A stretch of DNA of 64,000 nucleotides from a virus, in UHGV virus genome UHGV-0075239; one strand, written 5' to 3'. Each line of letters starts with the position of its first letter. The first letter of the stretch is position 1. The position numbers and the translations under genes were made by a program. The notes below the pieces were generated by a model. That model had not been told where the DNA came from and searched no databases. It saw nothing but the letters and a program-made list of their open reading frames with translations. Of the stretch, positions 29,055-38,759 are shown one piece after another.

Positions 29055-29976
29055 AGCATTTGAGCTGGTGCTTATCGGTCATCCCGATAAGGTATGCGAC
29101 CTCGTGTCGAAGATGGTATGCGACGCTAACAAGGGCGGGCGCAACGCTATCGAGTGTTGCTGGGGCAATCAGCTGTTTATAGTGAACGGCGAGACGGACA
29201 AGAAGTGGAAGGCGGACGAGGTTGAGACGCTGGTGCGCAACATTCTGACCAATGACATTGGGCTTACTCCCGAAGAGATGCGCAGCATTGTCATTATGAA
29301 CAACCTCAACATTCAGTCCAGCGAAATCAACGACATTGTCGGCGAAAGCGGCACGGGAGACAACGGCATTTACTTCGGCGGATATCACAAGGTTTACAGC
29401 CCAGTGATTCGCCGCATGAAAGATATGTGCGCCGCCCTCACTGCGCCTGTGTTGCGTGAGTGGGGATACCGCACGGACGGCAAGTTCATTTTCAACATGG
29501 ACACCAAAGGCAACGTAACCGACCTTACTATCAATTGTGCATCGTTTGAGAACGTGGCGTTCGGACCAAACCGAGTCGCGCTCGAGAGCTTTATTCACAC
29601 GTTTACGGGTTCGGGAACGACGGTGATTATCAATCCTAAGGGCGATTGGCACAAGTGCCACGGCTTTGCGGACTGCGGGCTTACGGGTCGCAAGTTGGCG
29701 TGCGACGGTTCGTGTGGACTGTTCAGTCACGGCGGGGGAGCGATGTTCGGCAAGGACATTTCGAAAGCGGACGTTACGGTTCCTCTGTTCCTCGAGCACC
29801 TTGCTAAAGAGAACATCGGGCGCAAGAAGGTATGCGGGTTCTCGGCGTGGAGCATCATCGGGGACACGAACCTCGAGGTATTCAAAGACGGCAAGCGGTT
29901 CGGCGTGATTCCTTATTCCGAAATGAAGGAATACGTAGCCGACAAAGAGCTGAACCTGTTCGGCGTTCTCAAATAA
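29032..29976 (+). CDS. metK: S-adenosylmethionine synthetase (short, 314 aa)
   Basis: GHPDKVCD, QS.EI, GD.G, DGK, NP.G, DCGLTGRKL..D, HGGGA..GKD.SKAD. Confidence 0.9.
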   Translation: MTKTKNLKAFELVLIGHPDKVCDLVSKMVCDANKGGRNAIECCWGNQLFIVNGETDKKWKADEVETLVRNILTNDIGLTPEEMRSIVIMNNLNIQSSEINDIVGESGTGDNGIYFGGYHKVYSPVIRRMKDMCAALTAPVLREWGYRTDGKFIFNMDTKGNVTDLTINCASFENVAFGPNRVALESFIHTFTGSGTTVIINPKGDWHKCHGFADCGLTGRKLACDGSCGLFSHGGGAMFGKDISKADVTVPLFLEHLAKENIGRKKVCGFSAWSIIGDTNLEVFKDGKRFGVIPYSEMKEYVADKELNLFGVLK

Positions 29977-30004
29977 GCGTTATTTTAATCAGGAGGATGA
30001 AACT

Positions 30005-30379
30005 ATGAAAAAGTTCGCAAAGATTCTTATGCCGCTTATGCTGGCGGTGTGCTGTCTGTTCGCGTTGACGGCGTGCGACGAGAAAGACTATGTAGGAACG
30101 TTCCGTCAGGAGTTCCATATGACGGTGACAGAGGTGGTCATCAAAGAAGATCGCACGGTAACGTATACGATATGGGAAACTGTGAACGGCGAGCAGGTGA
30201 AGAAAGGTCAGGTAACCGACGGCTCGTACGATGCGGACAACAACATTCTCACTGTTATCGTTGAGGGCGTGCCGCTGGAGGCGTATCTGTCGGAAGACAA
30301 GAACACGCTCACGATGTACAATCCAGCGTACAGCAAGGAAACGCCAGTAATGATTTTGACGCGGGTTTCCGAAGAATAA
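30005..30379 (+). CDS. lipoprotein
   Basis: MKK, hydrophobic stretch, lipobox LTA-C. Confidence 0.75.
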   Translation: MKKFAKILMPLMLAVCCLFALTACDEKDYVGTFRQEFHMTVTEVVIKEDRTVTYTIWETVNGEQVKKGQVTDGSYDADNNILTVIVEGVPLEAYLSEDKNTLTMYNPAYSKETPVMILTRVSEE

Positions 30380-30403
30380 ACGAAAATACGACGAGATTTG
30401 TAT

Positions 30404-30431
30404 AAATGAGTATGCGAAGGCATACTCATTT
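30404..30431 (+). terminator. perfect 12-bp hairpin (terminator or 5' leader hairpin)
   Basis: AAATGAGTATGC-gaag-GCATACTCATTT. Confidence 0.55.
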
Positions 30432-30449
30432 TGCTGTCAGGAGGAGTTT

Positions 30450-31436
30450 GTGGCAAAGATAATTATTTCGGCAGATATTCATTTCTGCAAAAGAGAGTCG
30501 CTGGTGGACAACCGTTATCCGTTTTTGGCGCGGTCGTTCGAATGGCTGAACAAACTGAGCGAGGAGATTCCGAATTCGCTCAATGTGGATTTGGGAGATA
30601 TGTTTAACACATCACACCTTACTGCTGAGGACGTAGCGGTGTTGGAGTCGATACCGTTCAACCGTTCGTGGCATTGCATTACGGGAAATCACGAGCAGGA
30701 CGGTCAGAACTCTCTGCTGAAATACTTCCGCGACATTCACGTAATCTATGAGAAGCCGCAGTTGAAGAATTTCGGCAAAGACATCGGCTGGGCTTTATTC
30801 ATACCGTACACGAAGACGCCGACTCCGCTGTCGGAGCTTTTGAAGAAGTTGTCGCAGTCGGAGCGGGTGGTGGTGTTCTCTCACTGCGACTTTGTAGGCA
30901 TGTTCGGCACGGGAGAAGAGGCTGGATACCGCATTGACGAAATCAACAAAGAGCCGCGCATCAAGATGTGGTTCAACGGACACTACCATCAGAGAATGAC
31001 GTTGAGCGACAAGATTCAGGTTGTTGGCAACCTGTGCGGGCAGAACTTTACTCAGAACTTTGACCCTCACGGTGTGGCGGTCTACGATACCGAAACTAAC
31101 AAATACGAATTCATCGAGAATCCGTTCGCGCTGGTGTTCGGCAAGATGGATACGAGCCAGCCGAAGTGCAGGGACATTCGCAAGGCGGTTGAGTCCGACA
31201 AGGTAAAGAGGTACGTCCTCGCCATTCAAACGGACTCGGAGTTGAAGCCAGCGATGAAGGAGTGGGCGGACAAATATCTGGTGGCGAGCCGTATATTGAC
31301 ATCGGACGTTGCGGGTGCTGGTCTGGGTTCGGAAGAGGTCGAAAACGACGAAGCAACGACCGTCGACCATATCGGACTCTTTTTCAAAGAGGTCGAAGAG
31401 CGTTACGGGAAGGAGATTGCAGATGCGATTCGATAA
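30450..31436 (+). CDS. SbcD/Mre11-like nuclease
   Basis: ADIH, LGDMF, GNHE, SH, GHYH metallophosphoesterase motifs. Confidence 0.9.
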   Translation: MAKIIISADIHFCKRESLVDNRYPFLARSFEWLNKLSEEIPNSLNVDLGDMFNTSHLTAEDVAVLESIPFNRSWHCITGNHEQDGQNSLLKYFRDIHVIYEKPQLKNFGKDIGWALFIPYTKTPTPLSELLKKLSQSERVVVFSHCDFVGMFGTGEEAGYRIDEINKEPRIKMWFNGHYHQRMTLSDKIQVVGNLCGQNFTQNFDPHGVAVYDTETNKYEFIENPFALVFGKMDTSQPKCRDIRKAVESDKVKRYVLAIQTDSELKPAMKEWADKYLVASRILTSDVAGAGLGSEEVENDEATTVDHIGLFFKEVEERYGKEIADAIR

Positions 31437-33345
31437 GTTGGAGGCTGAAAATTTCAAATCTTTTGAGCGGCTGAGTGTTGCTCTGGACGGACACGGTTTC
31501 GTCAAAATCGACGGCGTGAACAACACTGACAATTTCAGCGAGTCGGTGGGTTCGGGAAAATCTACGATAGCCGACGCGTTGTCGTACGCCCTTACTGGAG
31601 AAACGGTTAAGGGCAACTCGTCTATGAACGACGTGAAGAATATGTACACCAAGGGTGTGTGTCGGGTCGCGGTCGACTTCGAGCACAACGGAGTGGAATA
31701 TCAAATCGTGCGCGGCGAGAACGAGCTGACGATTATCGAGGGTGGCGTAAACATTTCGAAGCACCTCAAGCGTGAGACGCAGGAACTCATCAGCCAGAAG
31801 TTTCCGATGTTCACCCCGACCTTTATTGGCGCGACGGTAATCATCGGACAGAATATGCCGAATGCGTTCACAAACAACAAGCCGTCTGCGCGTAAGCAGA
31901 TTTTGGAGGAGCTGACCAACTCGTCTTTCATGATTGAGGAAATCAAGACGATGCTGGCGGAGCGCAAGACCGACTGGCAGGCTGAGGTAGGCAAACTGAC
32001 CACGGACATCGTGGTGTTGGACACGCAAATCAACGGAAACAGGACTACCATTTCGCGTGCGCAGGAAAAGATAAACTCTCTGCGCGATTCGAGTGAAATC
32101 GAGGCGGAGCTGGCAGAGGTTGCGGCGTTCATCGTGGAGGCTGAGAAGCAGCTGGGAATACTCAACACCAACTTTACTGCATTATCCGAAGCAAAGGACG
32201 CGGAATCTGCGACGCTCAACTCGCTGTCAACGCAGCTAGATGAGGCGCGTGTCCGTCATTCTGAGGCAACGATGAAGGCGATGGAGACGATGCTGGCTGA
32301 CCGTTCTGCGGTGGACAAGCAACTGACAGAAGTGCGGGGACAATTCGCGGCAAAGAAAGCGGAGATTTCGAAACTGCAGAACCACATACAAGAGCTGAAG
32401 AACGCGCCGACACACTGCCCGACGTGTAAGCAGCCTTTACCAGACGCCCACACAATCGATACCACGGCGCAAGAGGAGGAACTCGGTTCGTTGGTCGCTG
32501 AGCTGAATGCACTCCAGGAATCTGGCGCGGCTCTGGCTGAGTCGTTGAAGCCGTTGGATGAAAATATCCAAAAATTCAAGCAGGAAAATCAGACCAACGA
32601 CGAGATTGAGGGGCTGAGAGAAAGCATCGGAGAGTGCAGATCTCGTGTAGCGGAAATCACATCCAAGATGTCTATTTGCAAGACGACGATTTCGAACGGC
32701 GAGGCAGAAGTGCGCGAGGCAAAGTCGAAGGAATCGAGCTTGCAGGTGCAGCTGGGTGAGGTGGATTCGGTGCGCTCTGGGTGTCTGGACGACATCAAGA
32801 GGGCTGAGGGAGAAATCGCGGCGGCGGAAGAGAGCAAGTCGAAACTGACGGAAGAGCTTGAAAAGAAACAGGCGAGACTGTCGACCTTGAACCAGGTCAT
32901 TTCGTTCGCAACCCGCGACTTCAGAACCATCTTACTGTCGAGCATTATCAAGCGGCTGGACGCGTATGCGAAGTCGTATTGCAAGAAGATGCTGGACACG
33001 ACGGAAATCGATTTCAAGGACGACGGCAACAATATCTCGATTTCGTATCGAGGGCGTGACTTCGGCGTGCTGTCTGGCGGTGAGAGTCAGGTGGTAAAGA
33101 TGTGTATCACTCTCGCGCTCAAAAAGACGCTCGAGGACTTGGTCGGGTTCACAACCAACATTATGTTCTTTGACGAGATTCTCGACAACTGCGACAAGGC
33201 AACGGCGCAGCAACTCATCGAGTTGGTGTCTGGTCTGGAACTGAGTTCGACGTTCTTTATCTCTCACCACGACGATGTGTACCTGCCTGTGGACAAGACG
33301 TGGACGGTGACGAAGACCGACCGAATATCCACCCTGCAACTCTAA
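31423..33345 (+). CDS. SbcC/Rad50-like ATPase
   Basis: NFKSF, GSGKST, CPTC hook, LSGGE, FDE, ISH. Confidence 0.92.
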   Translation: MRFDKLEAENFKSFERLSVALDGHGFVKIDGVNNTDNFSESVGSGKSTIADALSYALTGETVKGNSSMNDVKNMYTKGVCRVAVDFEHNGVEYQIVRGENELTIIEGGVNISKHLKRETQELISQKFPMFTPTFIGATVIIGQNMPNAFTNNKPSARKQILEELTNSSFMIEEIKTMLAERKTDWQAEVGKLTTDIVVLDTQINGNRTTISRAQEKINSLRDSSEIEAELAEVAAFIVEAEKQLGILNTNFTALSEAKDAESATLNSLSTQLDEARVRHSEATMKAMETMLADRSAVDKQLTEVRGQFAAKKAEISKLQNHIQELKNAPTHCPTCKQPLPDAHTIDTTAQEEELGSLVAELNALQESGAALAESLKPLDENIQKFKQENQTNDEIEGLRESIGECRSRVAEITSKMSICKTTISNGEAEVREAKSKESSLQVQLGEVDSVRSGCLDDIKRAEGEIAAAEESKSKLTEELEKKQARLSTLNQVISFATRDFRTILLSSIIKRLDAYAKSYCKKMLDTTEIDFKDDGNNISISYRGRDFGVLSGGESQVVKMCITLALKKTLEDLVGFTTNIMFFDEILDNCDKATAQQLIELVSGLELSSTFFISHHDDVYLPVDKTWTVTKTDRISTLQL

Positions 33346-33352
33346 TAAAGAT

Positions 33353-33380
33353 AAGCCGCCTTTCGGGGCGGTTTTCTTTT
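33353..33380 (+). terminator. intrinsic terminator
   Basis: AAGCCGCC-tttcg-GGGCGGTTTTCTTTT. Confidence 0.8.
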
Positions 33381-33495
33381 GAAATAAAATAATTTTAATT
33401 AAAATATTTTTTGCGTAAACGCTTGCAATCTTAAATAAAATGTGCTATAATAGTCTCAAGGTTGGAGGCGGGGATGCCCGCAGACCTCAAAGGAG
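33381..33495 (+). promoter_or_regulatory. strong early sigmaA promoter (repeat copy 1)
   Basis: ATTTTAATTAAAAT palindrome, TTGCAA (33423-28), 17 bp, TG.TATAAT (33446-51). Confidence 0.85.
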
Positions 33496-33504
33496 AAACA
33501 CATT

Positions 33505-34467
33505 ATGATTAAGGTTAACGACAAAATCGGGTTCAGAAGGACTGAGTACGGCAAGATGGAGTTCGGCACGTATCGCGGTTATGCCGATGGTAAATATACG
33601 GTCGAGCTGGAAGACGGCGAAATGGTCGAGATGACCACCGAGTCTTATTCGGGCAGCAGATGGTGCACGAAGTCACCGATGAGCGGAATGGTTCATCACA
33701 TCGGCTGGCTTGTAGCAAAAGAGGATTTCGAGCACTGTGACAGAGGTTATGAGTGCGCGGCGTGGTATGAGAATATCGCGGTGAAGAAGGGCGGTCGCTT
33801 TCCCTTGTTGGCAACGACACGCAAAGAGTACAACTCCGAGAAGAACGAATATGTCGAGTACGACATCGACAACGTGTATACGATACTTGACGGCACGGTT
33901 ACGTCTGACGAGTTCGGCAGCCGTTTCTGCGGCGTTCCTGTCGGCAACTACGACAACAGCAAGAACGCTGGTAAGGCATCGACGCATCATATGAATTGGA
34001 GAGGGTACGAGTTCGCGGCGGTCATTCGCAACAAGGATGATGACTATCGTTTCCGCGACACCTGCCATCAGTTGGGAATCCCCTGTGACATCGAGGTGTT
34101 CGACAATGTGTACACGTCGGTGACCACGAAGTACTACAACGAAGAGGACGCGGTGTTCTACGGCAAGAAAGTATCCCATATGGCATCTCTTAATCTGCTC
34201 CGCGCAACGGACGAGCCGCTGGACGTGCAGGTTTCCAAATACCTGCAAGCGAACGATATGCACTGCGGCGCATACCTCGATGATGGCGATGTTGTCGTTG
34301 AAATCGAGCACGGCGATTGGAAGCACGACCACGGTCGCGCAAGATGGTTGGTCGAGAAGTTCTTTCGCGTAACCCGCAACACCGAGGTGTGCGACAATCA
34401 GACGGTGACCTATGACGATGGTTCGGACAACTACTCGGCAACGCACTGCTTTTCGGAGGTGAGATAA
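33505..34467 (+). CDS. early hypothetical protein
   Basis: 320 aa, AAAGGAG RBS directly behind the early promoter. Confidence 0.65.
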   Translation: MIKVNDKIGFRRTEYGKMEFGTYRGYADGKYTVELEDGEMVEMTTESYSGSRWCTKSPMSGMVHHIGWLVAKEDFEHCDRGYECAAWYENIAVKKGGRFPLLATTRKEYNSEKNEYVEYDIDNVYTILDGTVTSDEFGSRFCGVPVGNYDNSKNAGKASTHHMNWRGYEFAAVIRNKDDDYRFRDTCHQLGIPCDIEVFDNVYTSVTTKYYNEEDAVFYGKKVSHMASLNLLRATDEPLDVQVSKYLQANDMHCGAYLDDGDVVVEIEHGDWKHDHGRARWLVEKFFRVTRNTEVCDNQTVTYDDGSDNYSATHCFSEVR

Positions 34468-34781
34468 TGAGATACTTCCGTCTGGCGTATAAAGACAATA
34501 TGACAAGCACCACGCACGTTGAGGACGTGCGTGCGGACTCGAGAGAGGACGCAATTGCGAAGGCGTGCGGGTGCGGCTATCCGTTGACGCAAGTGAGAGA
34601 AATCTCACTTGCGGAGCGGGTGTCGGCGATTGAGGGACACATCGATATGGCGGACTTCGACCGCAAGATGTTTATTAATAGCGGAATGATGAGCGAGGAG
34701 CGGGCGCAAAAGAACTACGACAACGTGGTGGCGATGTACTCGAAGGAGCTGGCTGAGGTCAAGGAGGCGATGAGCGTATGA
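34467..34781 (+). CDS. early hypothetical protein
   Basis: Coupled, GGAGGTG RBS. Confidence 0.6.
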   Translation: MRYFRLAYKDNMTSTTHVEDVRADSREDAIAKACGCGYPLTQVREISLAERVSAIEGHIDMADFDRKMFINSGMMSEERAQKNYDNVVAMYSKELAEVKEAMSV

Positions 34782-35005
34782 CACTGCATTTGCAAGGAAT
34801 CGGGGCGCGGAACGCAATACGCGCCGCCGAGCTGGTGGCTGGGGACGTGATGATTTGCAACTACGGAGAAACCCAGACGGTGAAGGCGGTGGAACATCAC
34901 AAGAGCGGCAAGACTGTATTCGTGGACATCGAAAGCGGGGGTAAACTTTACCCCCGATGCCGTTATGGTGCTGATCGTCTTGTGGCGGTTCAGCGCGTAA
35001 ATTAG
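34778..35005 (+). CDS. early hypothetical protein (small beta barrel)
   Basis: ATGA overlap, A.EL..GDV motif. Confidence 0.55.
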   Translation: MTLHLQGIGARNAIRAAELVAGDVMICNYGETQTVKAVEHHKSGKTVFVDIESGGKLYPRCRYGADRLVAVQRVN

Positions 35006-35051
35006 GCTTTCGTGGATTGTATATATGAATGACGACTTTGAAGGAGTTATT

Positions 35052-35492
35052 ATGGAAGAAAAGAGGGTTAGACTTACAAGCGTGAATAATCGTGGAATGG
35101 TTGTCGAGGCTACAATGGTGACTGATTGTCGTGGTGCGGTGTCGTTTAAGGATTTTGCATTTAATCGTAGGTCGGCAATAGATAGGGTTTCAAGTTTTGG
35201 GTATAAGTGGGCGGCGCATCTTAAAAAGATTGCGGATGACCCGAAGTCCTCGGCGGTTCAGCATTGGGTTTCGGAGCTATGCGCGTTTTGGAGTGCATGC
35301 GTGTTGATAAAAATGAAGGGAGGCAACGGTTTTATTCCGATGGAGTTGATACGAGATTATTTGCTTGACGGCTATAATATTGACTTCAAAAACAAGGAAC
35401 TTTTTAATCGAAGGATGCTTGCGGTTGGAAATAGAGAGATTTCTGTTTCCGAGTTGCGGGCAATTATTAACGAAACAATTTTAAGGAGTTAA
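35052..35492 (+). CDS. hypothetical protein
   Basis: AAGGAG RBS. Confidence 0.55.
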   Translation: MEEKRVRLTSVNNRGMVVEATMVTDCRGAVSFKDFAFNRRSAIDRVSSFGYKWAAHLKKIADDPKSSAVQHWVSELCAFWSACVLIKMKGGNGFIPMELIRDYLLDGYNIDFKNKELFNRRMLAVGNREISVSELRAIINETILRS

Positions 35493-35493
35493 A

Positions 35494-36783
35494 ATGGAAA
35501 GAATCAAGGAAATAATTGAGCAACTGCAAGCGACGTCGAGCCGAAATGAAAAGGCGGCGATACTCGAAGCGAACAAGGACAACGAGCTTTGGACTGAGGT
35601 TCTCAAGTTCTTACTCGACCCGATGGTCGTGACAGGAATTTCGATGAACAAAATCGAAAAGTATGGAAATATTCGGCAAGAGCGTTCATTCGACTTGGTT
35701 GGAGTTCTAAACTATTTGCGTAAGCATAACACAGGCAGAATGGAGGACGTTGCGGTGGTTTCCCATTATGCAAACGGCTTTCCAGAGCATAGAGATTGGC
35801 TGTTGCAGTTGTTCACCAAATCGCTCAAATTCGGTGTTGATACGTCAACGGTGAACAAGATTTACGGCAAGGGCTTTATTAAGGTATTCGCAGTAATGCT
35901 GGCGGAGTCGTTCGCCGACAATCCGAAGCACCTCGACGGCAAGGAGTTCATCGTTACGCAAAAGTTGGACGGGGTTCGCTGTGTGGCGTTCGTCCACGAC
36001 AACGGAGAGGTGCAGTTCTTTACTCGCAACGGTCAGGACTACGGCGAGGTTCCCGATGTCGCGGCGGACTTGCTTTCAATAGCAGAGCGCGGAGTTGCAT
36101 ATGACGGAGAGCTGATTGCCAAGGCAGACGGCGCATCTGGAGATGTGTTCAGGGCTACAGTATCGAGTGCAAACAGCAAGGGCGTTAAGTCGGGGTTGGT
36201 CTATCATGTATTTGACCGTTTACCGATAAGCGACTTCCTTGACGGATACTCGGCGGAGACTTGCATTGAGCGTAAGCATAAACTCAGTGCGAGTATTGCG
36301 GCGGATGGTGAGCTGTCGTGGGTTACAAATGTTGACATCCTGTACGAGGGGAGCGACCAATCGAAGATTAATGAGTGGGCGGCTATCGCTCAGGAGAACG
36401 GCTGGGAGGGCTTGATGCTTAATGTGGCTGACGCGCCTTACCAGGCGAAGCGCACGAGAGACCTGCTCAAAGTCAAGAAGTTCAAGACGGTCGATGCGCG
36501 GGTGACGGGAGTGTTCGAAGGCATCGGAGCTCTGGTCGGCACTCTCGGCGGTATCCACGTTGAGTTCGACATCGACGGCAAGACATATACGTCCAAATGC
36601 GGCTCTGGGTTCACGTTCGAGCAGCGTGACAAGTACTGGGCGCACCCCGAACTGCTCATCGGCAAGATTGTCGAGCTGAAATGTTTCGAGGTATCGTACG
36701 ACAAGGACGGTTCGCGTTCGCTCCGTTTCCCAATCTGGCTTGACATCATTCGAACAGACAAGGACGAAACATCAGTTTATTGA
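35494..36783 (+). CDS. ATP-dependent DNA ligase
   Basis: KLDGVR, DGEL, VFD, EGLM, KVK, CGSG, SLRFP. Confidence 0.95.
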   Translation: MERIKEIIEQLQATSSRNEKAAILEANKDNELWTEVLKFLLDPMVVTGISMNKIEKYGNIRQERSFDLVGVLNYLRKHNTGRMEDVAVVSHYANGFPEHRDWLLQLFTKSLKFGVDTSTVNKIYGKGFIKVFAVMLAESFADNPKHLDGKEFIVTQKLDGVRCVAFVHDNGEVQFFTRNGQDYGEVPDVAADLLSIAERGVAYDGELIAKADGASGDVFRATVSSANSKGVKSGLVYHVFDRLPISDFLDGYSAETCIERKHKLSASIAADGELSWVTNVDILYEGSDQSKINEWAAIAQENGWEGLMLNVADAPYQAKRTRDLLKVKKFKTVDARVTGVFEGIGALVGTLGGIHVEFDIDGKTYTSKCGSGFTFEQRDKYWAHPELLIGKIVELKCFEVSYDKDGSRSLRFPIWLDIIRTDKDETSVY

Positions 36784-36785
36784 TG

Positions 36786-36810
36786 AAGGCACGACTTCGG
36801 TCGTGCTTTT
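36786..36810 (+). terminator. intrinsic terminator
   Basis: AAGGCACGAC-ttcg-GTCGTGCTTTT. Confidence 0.8.
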
Positions 36811-36815
36811 AAATT

Positions 36816-36884
36816 GAAAATTAATTTTAATTAAAATAAAATTTTGGTTAAACGCTTGCAATCTCAATTAAAATGTGGTATAGT
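36816..36884 (+). promoter_or_regulatory. strong early sigmaA promoter (repeat copy 2)
   Basis: Same palindrome, TTGCAA (36856-61), 17 bp, TG.TATAGT (36879-84). Confidence 0.85.
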
Positions 36885-36914
36885 AAACACGTAATCAAGG
36901 TTTGGAGGTTTCTT

Positions 36915-37373
36915 ATGAAAAAGATGGTTATCATGGCAGGTTTGAGCGGGGCGGGCAAAAGCACGGTAGCGCGTGCACGTTACGCAGGTCTGAAAACCAT
37001 AGATTGCGACGAGTTGAAAAAGTTGTGCAAGGGATACGACCCTTTGAATCCTGCGGCGGTTCACGAAGAAAGCAAGCGACTCGAGCGCATTGAGCTTACG
37101 AAAGCGATTTGCGGTGATGAAGACTTTATTTATGATACGACGGCTACGAACGCGGAGCGCGTTGTCGGAATCATCAAGGAAGCGCAAGAGTATGGTTTCT
37201 GGGTCGAGCTGTGCTATGTGAAAGTGAGCTTGAAAACGGCTCTTGAAAGAAACGCGAAGCGCGAGCGTCACGTTCCCGAGTACATCATCCGTGAAAAGAA
37301 CGCGGTCATCGGAAACGCACTCGAAATCTTGCAGGGCTATGTGGACAGTTTTGTAACAGTAGTTAACGAGTAA
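36915..37373 (+). CDS. P-loop kinase (polynucleotide kinase/zeta-like)
   Basis: GLSGAGKS, IDCD, YDTT, ALERNAKRER.VPE. Confidence 0.8.
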   Translation: MKKMVIMAGLSGAGKSTVARARYAGLKTIDCDELKKLCKGYDPLNPAAVHEESKRLERIELTKAICGDEDFIYDTTATNAERVVGIIKEAQEYGFWVELCYVKVSLKTALERNAKRERHVPEYIIREKNAVIGNALEILQGYVDSFVTVVNE

Positions 37374-37432
37374 TTTTGGTGTGTTAGAGCTTTTCGGCTT
37401 GAACATAAATAAAACAACGGAGGATTTTTCAA

Positions 37433-38383
37433 ATGAAGCAGATGGCAAGTGAGCGTAAACCTTATTACGCAAAGATGGGCGCGGAAGTCGTAGGATGCAG
37501 TTCGGTCGACGAAGTTATCGCGAAAGCGGGACTTGACTGGACAGTCGAAAAGAGACCGATTTTCCTCGCGGGCGAGAAGAAAATCACCAACAAGTTCGCA
37601 ACGGTGCGCACGGATACCGAGCAGGTGCTGGGCATCGTAAAGGGCGGCTACGAAGTCGTTCAGAACAGAGACGGTTTCGATTTCATCGACGACTGTCTGG
37701 GCGAGGGTATCACCTTTACGAAGGCGGGTACATACAACAAGGGTGAGCGCGTGTTCATGGTCGGCGAGGCTCCGTCCGTTGACATCTGCGGAGACGAAGT
37801 GTATCCGACAATCCTGTTCACGAACAGCCATGACGGTGGCGGAAGCATCAACGCGATGTTCACCCCGATGCGGCTGGTCTGTGAAAACGGACTTATGATT
37901 CCGATACCTGGACATGAGAACGGAATCGTCAAACTGCGCATCTCGCACACGAAGCACGTCAAAGACCGCTTGGACATCGCGAAGCAGCTCATTATGCAGA
38001 ACAACCAATACATCGAGGCGTTGCGTGCGCGTGCTGAGTTGTTGGCGAAACAGCCTTTCAGCGACGAGCAGTTCAAGGCTCTGACGAAGGAGCTCGCGGG
38101 CATCGAGGTTCCGAACGAGGGCGAAGAGGAAAAGATTACGCGCGGTCAGCAGAGCATCATCACCGACCTTACTGCGGCGTACGAAGAGGAAGACATCGCA
38201 AGGTTCAGAGGCACGGCGTACGGTGCAATCCTCGCGGCAAGCGATTATGACACGCATAAGGAAAGCAGCCGCAACACTGGCAACGAGGAGTACCAGTTCG
38301 AGCGCGTGGCTTACGGCATGACGATTCTGGCGGCGGCTTACCAAATCGTGGCGCGTATGACGGGGATGGGATTGAGGCGTTAG
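37433..38383 (+). CDS. DUF932 family protein
   Basis: AGLDWTV.K.P, VR.DT..VLG.V...Y..VQN, NSHDG, R.VC.NG, HT. Confidence 0.85.
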   Translation: MKQMASERKPYYAKMGAEVVGCSSVDEVIAKAGLDWTVEKRPIFLAGEKKITNKFATVRTDTEQVLGIVKGGYEVVQNRDGFDFIDDCLGEGITFTKAGTYNKGERVFMVGEAPSVDICGDEVYPTILFTNSHDGGGSINAMFTPMRLVCENGLMIPIPGHENGIVKLRISHTKHVKDRLDIAKQLIMQNNQYIEALRARAELLAKQPFSDEQFKALTKELAGIEVPNEGEEEKITRGQQSIITDLTAAYEEEDIARFRGTAYGAILAASDYDTHKESSRNTGNEEYQFERVAYGMTILAAAYQIVARMTGMGLRR

Positions 38384-38489
38384 CCTCAATCCCCACTCTG
38401 TGGGCTGATGCGACAATTTAATTTTGTGGTCAGTCGCATCTCGATTTTCGGGGTGCGACTGCTACACTAAACATATGGAAGGAGATATC

Positions 38490-38759
38490 ATGGAAAACAT
38501 TTTGACAAACGAAACGGCACTTCCGCTTTTCGTATACAACTTTAACAGGTTGTTCAAAGCGTGGGGCGGCTCTCAGGGCGTTTTGTCGCGTGAGATTGGA
38601 GTCACCCAGTCGAGGATTTCCTATTGGGTACACGGGATGTCTACTCCGACTTTCGTAAACCTGTACAACCTTGCGCAGGTTTTCGGGTGTGACCTGATGG
38701 AGTTCTACAAGGCAATCCCTGTGGAAGAGGAGAACGAGGCGGACGATGGGGCTGTTTAA
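38490..38759 (+). CDS. Cro/C1-type HTH regulator
   Basis: SQ..LS.EIGVTQS.ISYW..G...P....L..LA..FG. Confidence 0.85.
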   Translation: MENILTNETALPLFVYNFNRLFKAWGGSQGVLSREIGVTQSRISYWVHGMSTPTFVNLYNLAQVFGCDLMEFYKAIPVEEENEADDGAV

